A DNA stretch of 64,000 nucleotides from Felis catus (GCF_018350175.1 NC_058368.1:226240001-226304000); one strand, 5' to 3'. Counted from the stretch's first letter, positions 1 through 12,972 are shown. Notes: generated by a model not told the origin, from the letters alone. A program made the numbers and translations.

Positions 1-351
1 CACACCACTTACAAATTTGGGATATATTTTACCCACACATCACCCCTCTGCTTTTATTTTAGTGAAACCGGAAACATTTGAACTTTCTCTTTTTGAAGCA
101 TATTATTCCCTAACAAAAATGTTCCTCTTCACATCAATAAGGGGATGCTCGAATTAAATGTTACTGGGAGGAAAATGATAAAAAACAAATAAATAAAAAA
201 TAAATAAATAAACAAAAAGAAACCACCACCACCAACAACAACAAAAACAACCAACACTTAATACAACACACATACTTTCTGAACTCTCAAACTCCCAAAT
301 TCTTAGGAATCACACCTTGACATCCATGCTATTAATAATGTAGCAAGTGTC

Positions 352-557
352 GGGGCGCCTGGGTGGCTCAGTCGGTTGAGCATCCGACTTCAGCTCAGGT
401 CATGATCTTAGTCTGTGAGTTTGAGCCCCACGTCGGGCTCTGTGCTGACAGCTCAGAGCCTGGAGCCTGCTTCGGATTCTGTGTCTCCCTCTCTCTCTTT
501 CCCTCCCCTGCTCATGTCTCAAAAATAAATTAAAACATTAAAAAAAAATTTAAAAAA
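352..557 (+). mobile_element. CAN-SINE (SINEC_Fc-like)
   Basis: ggggcgcctgggtggctcagtcggtt head, (CT)n, A-rich tail; TSD aataatgtagcaagtgtc / aatagtgtagcaactgtc. Confidence 0.95.
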
Positions 558-2473
558 TAGTGTAGCAACTGTCCTAAAATATTTCATACTTACATTTTAT
601 AGAAATTATCATTGCTTTTCCTTTCAGGTCTAGTGACTGTTGAAAAAAAATAAATCTAAGCCTGTTCTTACATGACCTGAAATGTCAAGATGACACATTC
701 ATTTTAAGGCTTAACTTAAGGTATTACTCAGAGAGTGAAGGTCCTGGAGGAAGTGGGTTTCTCAGTTGTGAAACAAGAGGAGACAAGATCATCAGTAAGA
801 AAGTATGGCAGCGTGAATTTTAGTAGTTGGATTTTCAACATATGGACTAGAGTTGAATGAATCTTTAGTCTCGGATTTTGACGATCTTAGTACCATATGT
901 TCTCATTACCTTGAGTACAAAAGGCATTTGCTACAAGTCTAGAAGACTTAAGGAAGAAAGGGAAAGATGCATATTAGAGAGGACCTCAGGGGTAGGGTAG
1001 CCCTCCTCCTATTTCAAGAAAACTTAAGCTTCTAAAGGGCAAGGAGTGATTCCCAACACTTATAGGAAATAAAACAAAATCTAAGCATCGTTCATAACTT
1101 GAAGTGCAATGAAGAAGCAGAACATGGAACTGAAAATTCAAGAGGACTGTGTTTTCCTGAAAACTTCAAGTAGCTCCCTCTAAATTCAGAATGCACTAGA
1201 AAGGCCTGTGGGATTTATTTCTGCACACTGGGTAGATTTATGTATTTAGAAAAGGGCTACCAGGAGTGCGTTCCCAGAAAGTGACGTTAAGCTCTAGTAA
1301 ATGATCTGATTTCTGGCCTTTCAAAGGAAATCGATAAAAAAACAGAACAAGATCCTGTGAAATGAGTGATTTCCTGGGGTGAAGCTGTCCCCCATCACTG
1401 TACTTCTCCAGAATGAACCTGTTGCAAGCTGCACTGGTTTTGTGATTAGTGTGAATGAATGTTTCTCGTCATGTAGATTCACTATGGACTTTTTAATTAA
1501 TAATAATGTCTTGTGTCTTTAGAGCCGCCATCTCGAGGAAATTTGAGTGCATTATAATTGATGAATTTCAATTTGTCTTCATACTATCCTGCTGAATGTA
1601 TAGATTAGGTATTGCAGTTGTGTTTTGATGAGGAAAAATAGAACCAGAAACATTAAATCATTGCCCACAGAGATTTCAGAAGGCCAATAATCGAATCATC
1701 AATTACTATCTGGTAGTCTTTACTTCTAATTCTGGCTGTTTCCCCAGAATGTCTGATCAGTTGTGACAGTTTGTCCTTAGAAAAATAGAGTTGATCAAAA
1801 CAGTTATTTGCAGTTGCTATGATTAACAGAAGTTTACATTCCTTCTCATTATTTTGGTGGTGTTACACAATTATTATTTGTTTATTTTTATTGATTAAAC
1901 CACATGCATGTTTTAAGTGGCCTATGCCAACATCCTTGGAATTCTCCTAAGTCACGCATGTCAGAAGTTTTTGTCCTGGTAAGGGAGTGGTGTAAAACTT
2001 AAATTCGGATATTAGGTAGTTGTGATATTTAAAAATTGGGTATCTCCATCACCTACCTGCCATTGTTTTAGCTGCCAGAAGAAAATGAAGTAATCTCCCC
2101 AACAAAACCATGTTCAAAACCCTTACTCGTTGTACCTTTGGAAAGATTACTATCATCCTTTCAATCACCCATTCCTCTAGGCTTGAAAACACGAGACGCT
2201 GATTTTTCCCCTTCTGGTATTACTAGTTCTATCATTGTTTTCCTTTGACAAGTGTATTACTCTGTCCCTTTACTGTGCCCACTCTGCTCCTCGCCTGCAA
2301 TGTGGTGATCTCCCTACTTGTCTCCTGACTTCAGTTCTCTGTGCCTCAATACGTCTTCGATAAATTTTCCTAATAAATTCTTTGTAATTTTAGAAAGTAT
2401 GACTTAGGCATAAAAAAGTATACAGAATATGTTGAACATCACCACCAGCCAGCTTAAAAAATGGGACCTTAGA

Positions 2474-2689
2474 GGGGCACCTGAGTGGCTCAGTTGGTTA
2501 AGCGTCCGCCTCTTGACTTCAGCTCAGGTCATGATCTCATGGTCATGAGATCGAGCCCTGCGTTGGGCTCCATGCTAACAGAACAGAGCCTGCTTGGGAT
2601 TCGCTCTCTCCCTCTCTCTCTGCCTCTCCCCCACTCACGCTCTCTTTCTCCCTGCTCTCACAAAATAAATAAATAAACGTGAAAAAAAA
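2474..2689 (+). mobile_element. CAN-SINE
   Basis: ggggcacctgagtggctcag head, CT tract, aaataaataaa tail; TSD ending gaccttaga on both sides. Confidence 0.93.
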
Positions 2690-2699
2690 GTGACCTTAG

Positions 2700-3180
2700 A
2701 GATACAGCCAAAAAGCCTATTTGAAACCTCTCCGGATCTCATTTCTTTTCTTTCCTTTCCACTGTCACAAATTTCATGATTATTTTTTATGCATCTTTTT
2801 ATACTTTTTACCTATATATCTGAATCTGTAAAAATGGGTAGTATTTCTCTACCCCAGTAATTTCTTTCTGAAACTTTCATGTTTTTTTTCACATGACTTT
2901 AAGAGTTCCTCTCTTTTAAGATGTATACATGTTCGTGTATGCGACTTTGTTCCCTTCAGTTGTGTTGCCGTGGTCCACTGGATCCATACGACACGATTTA
3001 TCCATTCTTCTCCGCATGTACTTTGAGGCTGTTTGCTATTTCCCCCCTCAAACACAAACAGTTACATGACAAACATGTTTGAACATGCTTCCTTGTTCAC
3101 ATTTCTGAGAGTTTCTCTACACTCAAGGTCTAAATCCTGGGAGGTAGGATCTGCTCACTTTCCAATTTTTCATTCAATAG
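2700..3180 (-). mobile_element. Old L1 (L1ME-like) 3' fragment
   Basis: Degenerate antisense L1 3'UTR motifs (gatttatccattct, aaacatgtttgaacatgcttccttgttcacat). Confidence 0.5.
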
Positions 3181-3574
3181 TGCTTGTAGCCAACTGACAT
3201 ATTGTAATTATGTGCCCTATTCCACCTAAAAAAAGACTCTTCATTCATCCCTCCACCGATGTTCAATGAAATTTCATCTTCCTGAAGGAGAAGAGCTCCT
3301 TCTCATTTCCCAATCTGACCGGACCTCCCCCAAGGAATTTCTTTCAGTGAGGGGTCACCAGTTCAAAAGCTTTGGGCCACATGCTGAAATGCCAATGTGT
3401 GAAAAATGCAGGGTGTGGTGGGATCTGGGTAGAGTGGGAGCCATGTATCAGGGCACCACATCCTATTTACAGACTACGAGTTTATGGTCCCTGAGATTCT
3501 TGTATTACCTTGTTTATTTTCCTGAGAGTGTCTCCAAAATGCGTAATCATCCAATATACTGCATAGCAGCAAAG

Positions 3575-3760
3575 ACCTAGGTCTCTGGAGCCAGGCTGCC
3601 TGGGTTTGAATCCCTGTGCCACTGCTACTAGTTCTCTGCGTCTGAGCTGGCTCCTTGTTTGCAAAATGGGGGACATGCTCACACTCCTTTCCTAAGGCTT
3701 TGGCGAACACTGGACGAGGTAATATACATGAAACTCTCACGTAGGTGCCTAATGCATTTT
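3575..3760 (+). mobile_element. MIR SINE
   Basis: tctggagccaggctgcctgggtttgaatccc ... tgcaaaatgggg core. Confidence 0.8.
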
Positions 3761-4272
3761 TGTCGAGTTGTTGAAGAGAGTGAAAAGAAGAAAAAGTCGT
3801 CTCATACCTCCTCGGTGTGAGACAGTGCTTTAGGAACTGGGAAGATGATGTTGACTTTAACATCTGTCTCTTTCCCAAATTAAGGTGTCCGTTGAAACCA
3901 AGCCCTCCACACGTTACTTGGCCCCGCAATGAGTCCGCAAATATACGATGAATGAATCAATAAGCCTAATGATTCTCTTAAGGCAACATGAGTGCCCAAG
4001 GTGTGTTCTGAGCCACAATGGAGCAGGTTAATTATACCCGTGATAACTTTACTCTGTGCACGTTAGTGTATTCTTATTCTTTGGCTATTGATTATTCCTG
4101 TGTAATATGGACAGTAGCTTGCCGTTAGCCGTGACAGTTGAGTGGTCAGGATACCATCTTTTTTTATGACAACGAGTAACAGAGAACTATTTCTTTAATG
4201 CCTTACTTGTATACAAAACCACCGACTTTTGATTATGACGAGCCTTTGTCCCCTCCCCGCCTCCATTTTTAG

Positions 4273-4595
4273 GTCTCATTGTCCACGAAGGAGCTGCAGT
4301 TTACAGAGTGTTTAAGCGCTGGCGGGCTGTTAACTTACACTGGGATGTATTGAATTATGATAAAGCCACAGACATCGAAGAAAGTAGCCGGGGAGAGTCT
4401 TCCACAAGCAGGACTTTATGGTTGCCACTGACGGCCCTGCGGAACAGGAACTTGGTCCACCCGACGCAGTTAACTTCCCCCAGGTTTCAGTGTGGCTACG
4501 TGTTACTGCACCTGTTCAACCGGATGAGGCCCCATGAAGATCTGTCCGAAGATAACAGCTCAGGGGAGGTTGTGATGAGAGTGACTTCTGTGTGA
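4273..4595 (+). CDS. MARCHF11: Last coding exon of the membrane-associated RING-CH E3 ubiquitin ligase MARCHF11 (cytoplasmic C-terminal tail)
   Basis: Polypyrimidine tract and AG acceptor (ctccatttttag, AG at 4271-4272). The frame reads (G)[106 protein letters not shown], stop TGA at 4593-4595. I recognise this as the MARCH4/9/11 tail; the VTSV ending points to MARCH11. The ORF track's start at 4308 is an internal GTG (Val). Confidence 0.95.
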
Positions 4596-4935
4596 CAAAA
4601 GCGTAAGGCGGTGTGGTGTAGACCACCCTGCACATCTTGGAATGTAATTGCAATGAATGGCGAAACCACAGCACTTCTAAAAACACACATCTATGAACTT
4701 TTTAAAATTTATGCTTTTTATATGAACATTTGAATTGCAAATACATTTTTCTGAAAAAAAAATAGCTCTCTGGTTCTTTGTTTTCTGATTTCCCACATCT
4801 TTTATAAGTTGGTACTTGAAATCATTATACATATAATTTAACCCTACTTGGTTCAAAGAATGATGGAAGCTGTCCTGAAGGCCGAGACTATTTTTTCTTG
4901 CTTGTTTTAAATATATTTTTTATCAAACGTTTTGC
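4596..4935 (+). other. MARCHF11: MARCHF11 3'UTR (3' end uncertain; may extend to ~5715)
   Basis: AU-rich sequence after the stop. Variant signal AATATA at 4910-4915 is followed by a GT/T-rich tract; the first canonical AATAAA is at 5692-5697. Confidence 0.55.
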
Positions 4936-7900
4936 TCCGTGTGTAGTTTTTCAGGCATGCTACGAACGGGGAGGAGCTTAGAACTCTGTGGGCAGATGCC
5001 AAGGTGCCTGTGGGTTCGCAGATCCCAGGTGCTTGGGCGATGCTGTGGACTGGTCCTCTTCGTGCCTCACATCTACTGGCAGATGTAAGCGGGACTCTTT
5101 TGCTGGGATGGAATAATCTGTCACCAGGAATGCAAGCTCTAGGAATGTTGGCTCGCTTTCTAGCTTGTGAAACAGTACAGAGAGCTTATAAACAGTTAAA
5201 GATGAGTGGGGAAAAAATAGTACGTATAACTTACTGGTATTACATACAAGTGGGCAGGGCCTTCTGTATACTTATAACCGTAAGAGCTCACCGAAACGTC
5301 ACATCATTGCTTGTGAAGTCATAATCCCACCGCCTCACATTTGCATAACCCTCTTACAGACCTACGGCAGTCATTTGGGTTAATTATTAGTGTCTTGAAG
5401 CCTGTGAGCGCTATCTTAATTAGATTTTCTTTCTGTAAAAGCTTATATACCTACTGAATCATTTAAACACGGACCCTATCACTCGCTTTAATGAAGTCCT
5501 GGGAAATATATTCACCTGCAGCGAGAAATGTTTTCTTTCAGTAGATAAGTATTTTTTAAGTGAAAAGAGGAAAAGAAAAATGAGGCTATTGACTCCCTAG
5601 GAACGGTTTGCTAACTAGTGGCACCTGGAGATTTTCCACCTTTTAATCCTCCTAATGGAGGGAAATGGCACATTTTAATGAGCAGTGACAGAATAAATGA
5701 AGAGGCAGGCGGTCATGCTTTCCTTTGGAACATGAGTTGAACATGTAAGTCATTGGAAGTCACTGATGAGTAGATTTTAAAGCATATGAAATAAGAACGC
5801 TTTACATTCTATTTTCTAAAAATGACCTTTGGATGATTCGTACTCGGATAGTTAACGTTTACAGGTAGCACTGTGATTCCTACGTAGCAAACCCCACCAA
5901 TACGCGAAAGAATATTTTCCCAGTTTAAAAACTGTCGCAAATGAGTTAAGGCTGTGCTAATTTGCATAAATGGGAAAAAGGAATCAGGAAATCATGAAAG
6001 AAGGAACACGCAACCACTGTTAAGGGGGCAGTTGTAGGAAGCGAGAGTGTTCAATATTCCCATCCTGTATGTCACTTTTTTAATTCTGATGTTACACAAG
6101 CACAGTCCTGGGGAAGACACTGGGAGGTAGCAGTCAGTCCTATGAATCTGGTTCCGGACGCTCAGAATCTTGCCCCCTGGGACCGAAAAGCAGATTAATT
6201 AATAGGGACACCAGGAATGCCAATCTGCTGTCAAAGGAACAACCCATTTTTTGTGCCCCGCAGGTGTTGATGTTTGTCCTGGACAATTTAATCACGAAGA
6301 GGAGTCGTCGTCAACAACACGTTTAATGGAGAATAATGTGGGAACTGTTCAGAGCATCGCATTAAAAATACCGGATAAAGAGACAGACACAGATTAGATT
6401 ATCACGGCTCCGTATTTAGCAAGTCTGCCCTTCTAATTGGCGTACACCCTCGTATTCCATCAACTCACTAGACACAAAAAGGCGTAATGGATGGGAGACC
6501 CCGCTCAGTGTGGGGTGCACGAGGTAGAGATGTCGCCAAGAGAGTTCAGAGTGAGCCTGTCAACCTGGAAAGGAATATGGGTCCCTAGGCTGCCCTGCTT
6601 TCCAGCACCCTGACCTTTGGATGCACATTTTGCCCACACCCACTGTTCCCCCCCCATCACCTTCACACCTCCTAACACACCCACACACACAGTCACACAC
6701 CCACACGTGACCCAAGTCAAGGTTGGAATAAGGATCTGGCAGAACCTCCGCTCAATAAAACGTACCCTCTCTGAAATGATTACCTAAAAACTCAGAAGAA
6801 ATACTCCAGGTGGGGAGGAGACGTGCCTTGAAAGAATTGAATTCACTGTTTAAAAATAATTAAAATGTTAATATGTACTACGAGTTACGATATAAATAAT
6901 TAACTTCCAGTTGCCAAGTCTGTGATTCAAACATGGGCTCCCTTAAATATCAAAATCACCGACGTAAGGAAATAAGTTCGAAATGCCTTATGTTTAGGAA
7001 CTTTTCCAATATGAGAAACACTGAGACCTGTATGCAATTTGTCTCTTTCCAACCACTCATTTGAAGGACAGGCATCCGCAGAGCACCTCCTGCGTGCCAC
7101 ATACTTTCGCAGTGGGCCACAGAACGACCCAGGTTTGCAGGGAGACTTTGGGGACATGTGCCACAGCATATGTGGCAGGATACAGGCCAGCAAATGAAAG
7201 TGGAAGATCAGGAGCAGATTTCCCTGGGGTGGCCGGGGAAGGAATCCCCAAGGAGCCGGCATCACTTGGGTGCTAAAACGTGAGAAGTTTGCCACTCAGA
7301 CAAATGGAGAAGAAGTTCTGGGAACGGCTCCTTGGGGGTAAAAGAGAGGCATGTTTCAGTCATGGTGACAGGCTTCTCACCGGGGGGGGCAGAAGATGCC
7401 TGGGAGGACACGATCCATCTCTATGGGGTTTACTAGGTAGCAGGGTCCGAACTCCACAGGGAACCCTGAGAAGACGGTGTTCAAGCTGCAGGTGGCCAGA
7501 CGTGGCAAGGTCATCTCGGGGGGATGTTCACCCCCCTCTAACCCGATTCCTATGGGCGACACTCTCTGTTCTCAAGGTACAGCTAAAATAAATGGACAGT
7601 GGTCACACCCTCAAAAGAGTTCGGAGAAATCCTACAAAATGAAATAGTAGGCAGCGATCACACACAGGTGCCACCACTATAAATTAGATAATACAGTAGA
7701 AACACTGGGGGCATTGAGTGGGCTCTCTTCCCCTCTCCCAGAAGACAGCAAAACCCACAATTCCGAAGAGGAAAGCACACCGGAGATTTTGTGAAGTAGA
7801 AGATAGTGTCTCTGTTATTGAAAATACTCCCAAACACTTCCCAGAATAAAGACTATCACCTGATTTTTCTTAAACATGATTATTTTTTTTTATTATTCCA

Positions 7901-9811
7901 TATGTCTCATTAACTAAACAGATGTCAAAATAAAGCAAGCTCTCTCTACTGCTTCGGTTTCAGCCTGGGACTGTATCCTTTTCCTTTTTGTTTTTCTTTT
8001 TTTTTTTTCCCACACTACTAGCATAGTCTATTATTTTTGATGATGTGCTAATCAATCCTCCTTTATCTATGGAGTGAAATAGCAAAACTAATTTGTCTTT
8101 GCCAATCCAGAATTAGATCAGCGATCATCTAATGATGGAAGTGTCATTTTACACAAAGGTCATAATTTGTCCCTATTTTCCTGCGTAGCTTGCTTCTTTT
8201 TTTTCTTTTTGATTTGCAGATTTTAATGACAGTAGCTTACGAATATCTGATACTTAAAAATTTTTGTTTCCAGGCTCATCGTCTATCAGACTTCAGTGGC
8301 AAAATTTGGCTTTTGATTTTCAAAACGTGTTTGCATAAATGATATCATATAAAAATAATTTGATGTCCAACCTATTAAGAAATAATTGGTTTAAAGCCTT
8401 AAGAAGATACTGGAGGCAGTTAGTTCAATCCCATTTTATCAGTTCAGAAAAAAAATGCTCCCATAACGTGTGTGTGATTCAGAATTGCGGCAGGTAATTT
8501 ATAGCAAAGCTCAAAGTTCCGAGCCCCGGTGGAACCTAGAGATTAATTAATTACCTCATAAAGATGCCATTTTATACACAGTGGATTTATCTAATAAATT
8601 AGTCAAAGGCTTCAAAGTTATTTTAAGGGATTTTCCCTCTAGGAAGTATAGACACTGGGAGCCAGTGGGAGAATGAAAACTATGTATGATTTCCTGTAAA
8701 ATTTTGGTGATGCATAAACTTTACCCCAAAGCGCTTGATGCTGATTTTCCAAAATAAGTTAGAGGTCACTTAATTTTCTTGTAACTTCTTCATATTTCTG
8801 AGAAGTTTGTCTGCATGCAACGTGGCCTTTCGGAAGAAAAGTCTCTTTTCCTAGGGCTGCCAGTAGAAAAAAGAGATTTGCTCCAAGACACATAGGGCGT
8901 GGAGCCTAGCGAGCGTAGGGTGGAAATGGTGACCTACGTGATTTAAAACCCTGCTCTCTGGGGCTGTCAAGCACGAATGTCCATCTCAGCTGCTGGGCCA
9001 CCGAAGGAGCCTCAGCTGTGAGTGAGTGGAAACATGGAGAGAAATGTCTCATGTAGTCATACCTCTAGCTCCCTAGCATAGCTGTCCTGGGGCTTTGAGA
9101 ACACAGGAGATCTGCCCAGAAGCTGTTATGACAAGGACAATGTGGCCAGAAGCTGGAAATGCTCCATGGAACACGCTTCCCATGAGACTCTTGGCAAAGT
9201 CAAGATTTAGTAATAAGAAAGAGCCAAAGCATAGATTCAGAGACCAGGAGAAGAAAAAGTAACACAATTCAACACCATTTAACGGCACGATGTGATTAGT
9301 TTTGTTAGCTGCAGCTCTGGGGATACTTACTTCTCTACCTCGCCTTCCTTATTCATCATCCCTGGCTTAGACAACAAGGTGGCACCGTCCCCATTATGCC
9401 ATTGTTCAAAGTATTATGCCCCAGGCACACAGTGAGGCTCCTAGCTGCTCCTGTTGGTATATCACTAAGGACCAGCTCCCCACATGGGCTGGAGAGACTG
9501 CCCCCCAAAAAGAGATAAGGAAGAAATCAGAAGAGGCAGCCATGATGGAGGGACAATAAAAAGTGGGCCACAGTGGCAACAAGCCCAAGGGGTTGCTCAT
9601 GAGGTGACAGTGAGGGAAGGCTGCCTGGGAACAGAAGATAAAAGATAAGCTGATTTGATGAAGTTTGTGATCTTAGGGAGGAGGAAGCCCATTAATTTGG
9701 CAGTTGAATGAAGTGGTTTAAGCACTTTGATGCCAGAAAAGAAAATTTCAGAAAAGACACATGACTCAAACCTACTGTTCAGAGAAAGTTTCCTGAAGAA
9801 GGTAACCTCCA

Positions 9812-9975
9812 GACCAAGATGGCGACAGAGGTTGTTCCTGACTTGACTCTCCCTCACAAGAACAAATAATAACTCTTCAAGAACAAGACACCACTGAGAG
9901 AATTCTAGAATATGGAGTGAGGCTGAAGCCCCCCTCACCTCCCCCCCCAGACCAGGACAGACTGCATCGGCCAAC
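9812..9975 (+). mobile_element. L1 5'UTR (5' end) fragment
   Basis: Begins ccaagatggcg (YY1 site typical of L1 5' ends), followed by cctgacttgactctccctcaca. Confidence 0.6.
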
Positions 9976-10415
9976 CTGCTGGGCTTTTGTTCAACCTTCC
10001 ACTGAAGTCATAGACGAACTTAGGGGCACATAGACAACACTGTGGAGTCTTTCAATACACTAACATTTGTGTAGGATTTCATTGTTTTATCTCAACCACA
10101 TCTTATATTTTAAGTGTGGAGTTCCTTTACCTCTTTTGTTAAAATTAGTCCAAGTATTTCATGTTTCTGTTTTTGTAGATCATGTTTTCTTTTATCTAAC
10201 TATTTATTGCTAGTATGTAGAAATATATTGGTTTTGCTATGTGGACCTTGTATCCTGAGACCTTATAAATTCCCTCATTATCTCCAAAGCTTTCGTTGTT
10301 GTTATTGTCCTGGTGTTCTCTATATACACAGTCAAGTCTGTATCTGTAAGCAATAACTGTATCTTTCTTTCGGTTTTATAAATTTGAGTTTAATTTTTTC
10401 TTCTTTGGCTTCTTC

Positions 10416-10633
10416 TTTTTAATTTATTTATTTGAATTTGTATTTTATTTTTTGAGAGAGAGAGAGAGAGAGAACGTGAGTGGGAGCAGAGGGGCAGAGG
10501 GAGGGAGAGAGATAACTTTAAGCAGGCTCCACACTCAGCATGGAGCTAGATGCAGGGCTCGATCCCACGACCACTCATGGCCTGAGCCAAAACAGAGTCA
10601 GACACTCAACCAACTGAGCCACCCAGGCACCTC
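10416..10633 (-). mobile_element. CAN-SINE (older)
   Basis: T-rich tail, (GA)n, ends ctgagccacccaggcacctc. Confidence 0.92.
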
Positions 10634-11019
10634 AGTTGGGCTGTCTAGCTTCTTAAGGTGGAGGTTTAGATGATGGAATTAAAGGATTTCTTCTTTTCCA
10701 ATGTAAGCACTTAAAACTACAAATTTCCCTCTAAATGCCATTTTAACGGCATTGCATATCTCTTAACATACTGCTTTCCCTATCATCCTATTTAAAATAT
10801 CTTATAACTTAGCTTGTGGTTTCTTCTTTGATCCATAGATTATTTAGAACTGTGTGGTTAATTTCAAAATATTCGTAGACTTCCTAAATCTCTTCTTGTT
10901 ATCAATTTATAAAATTTATAATTTAATTCATTGTGGTTAAGAAGACACTTTGTATAATTTAAATCCACTGAACTTTATTGAGATGATTTTATGGTCAAGG
11001 ATATGGTCTTTCTTAAGTG

Positions 11020-11700
11020 TGTCATAGATCTACTGCTGTATCACAAACTACCTGAAAAAATAAGCCACCTCAAAGCTTCGTGGTTTAAAAATCATAATTT
11101 ATTATTTTTCATGATTCTGCTGGTTGTCTGGGTGATTCGTCTGCTAATTTCCTCTGATCTCACCCTGAGACTGCATTCAAATGGAGGGTTGGCTGGGGGC
11201 TGGGCTTAACAGGGACACTGGCTGGGCTGGGCTTCTCTCTCTGTCTCTCTGTCTCTCTCTCTCTTTTTTTTTTTAATTGTATTCCTTTTAGAGAAAAAGA
11301 GCATGAGCAGGGAAGAGGGGCAGAGGGAGAGAGAGAAAGAATCCTAAGGAGGTTCAACATTCAGTGTAGAGCCCAACTTGCAGCTTGACCTCACCACCCT
11401 GGGATCATGACCCAAGCCGAAATCAAGAGTTGGACACTCAACCAACTGAGCCACCCAGGGTCCCCTGGGCTTCTCTTTCAATCTCAGAGGTTAACCTAGG
11501 TTTCTTTACCGCCACAGTGCAAAAGTGGGTGAACAAAGTCTAAGAGGCCTTGACTCCAAAGTGGTGTAACATCAGTTCTGCCATACTTCATTGGCTAAGG
11601 CGGATCACAAGACCAGCTCAGATTTTTAAAAATGGGAAAATGGATTCTACCTCCCGACAAGAGGAAGGACGATTAATTTGTAGTCACGTTCAATGTACTA
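11020..11700. mobile_element. MaLR (MLT1-like) LTR split by a SINE
   Basis: ctgctgtatcacaaactacc, gtggtttaaaa, ttctgccatacttcattggctaaggcggatcacaagaccagctcagat motifs. Confidence 0.65.
11264..11465 (-). mobile_element. CAN-SINE
   Basis: polyT, gcagagggagagagagaaagaatcc, ends gccacccagggtcccc; tgggcttctct on both flanks. Confidence 0.92.
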
Positions 11701-12151
11701 CATTTTGTGAAGGTTCCATGGACATTTGAAAAAAATATATGTTCTTGCAATTGTTGGGTGTGATATTCGCTACATTTCTGTTATGACACACCGATCAATA
11801 TTGCTCAGACTATATCCTTAAATATTTTTTAAGTTTATATTTAAATCAATTACTTCCTTATATAGTTTTGTTTATTTCTCTGTTTAGCTTATTTTTGTTT
11901 CATGTGTTTTGAAGCCCTGCTTTTAGCAATGGATGCATATACATAGGGTCGTTGTGTCTTATCCTTTCTTGCATTAGGGAGTGTTCTTTACCTCTGATAT
12001 GGGCGTTTACTTGGTTGACATTAATTGTGCCCTACCAGTCTTCTTAAATGGTCTTATTTACACATTTTCTTCCTTTAACTTTTAAACTGTTTGTGTTTTC
12101 ATACTTAAATTTCATCTCTTGAAAACAGGATGTAGCTGAATCCTGCTTTTC

Positions 12152-12319
12152 TTTAAAAAAAAATTTATTTATTTTGCGAGAGAGAGAAAGAGCACAGGCT
12201 GGGGAGGGGCAGAGAGAGAGAATCCCAAGCCATCTCCGAACTGCCAGCACGGAGCCCAATACGGGGCTCGAGCTCACCAACCATGAGATGCTTAACCAAC
12301 TGAGCCGCCCAGGTGCCCC
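12152..12319 (-). mobile_element. CAN-SINE with internal deletion
   Basis: Ends gccgcccaggtgcccc; TSD tgaatcctgctttt / tgaatcctgttttt. Confidence 0.92.
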
Positions 12320-12745
12320 ATGAATCCTGTTTTTATATTCACCCTGAAAATGTTTGTCTTTTGCCTCCTTTGCCGTGTAAAGTAACATAATCTGCTGTCT
12401 CGCGATTTAGAACTTGGACATTTTTGGGGGGGCATTCTATCCTTTCTTATGTCTCTTCCTTGTATCTCTCAGCTGCCATCCTTTCCAGGACCCAGGATAA
12501 TTTCCTCAGGAAAAGTAATAGTAACAATAATAAATAACAATTGAACAAAAAATCAAAGCAAAACAAAAAGAGAAAACAGTTCACAACAGGAAAAAGATGT
12601 AAACATAACCATAGGGATGAGGGAAGGAAAATTATTCTCTTACATTTTAGTTTCCTATGGACATAGAGGGAAAAAAAGTATTAATTACTAGTTAATAGTT
12701 AGTGAATTACTTCTCTGCAGTTTACTTTATATCTCCAAATTCATG

Positions 12746-12972
12746 GGGGCGCCTGGGTGGCTCAGTCGGTTCAGTGACTGACTTTGGCTCAGGTCATGAT
12801 CTCGAGGTTTGTGAGTTCAGGTCCCGCGTTGGGCTCTGTGCTGACAGTTCAGACCCTGGAGCCTGTTTCGGATTCTGTGTCTCCCTCTCTCTCTGCTCCT
12901 CCCTCGCTCATGCTCTGTCTCTCTCTCTCTCTGTCAAAAATAAATATTAAATATATATATATATATATATAT
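12746..12972 (+). mobile_element. CAN-SINE with a (TA)n tail
   Basis: Canonical head; TSD tatatctccaaattcatg / tatatccccaaattcatg. Confidence 0.95.

Larger units (their letters stand above)
1..4272 (+). other. MARCHF11: 3' part of the last intron of MARCHF11
   Basis: AT-rich, repeat-containing sequence ending in the acceptor of the terminal exon; no upstream coding exon recognised in the window. Confidence 0.85.
10050..12400 (-). mobile_element. Fragmented old antisense L1, interrupted by three SINEs and an LTR
   Basis: T-rich antisense ORF2-like tracts (ctacaaatttccctcta, ttaattcattgtggttaagaagacactttgtata, tttgaagccctgc). Confidence 0.65.

Noticed and set aside
352..440. tRNA-like A and B boxes
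   Set aside because: SINE heads derived from tRNA, not functional tRNA genes.
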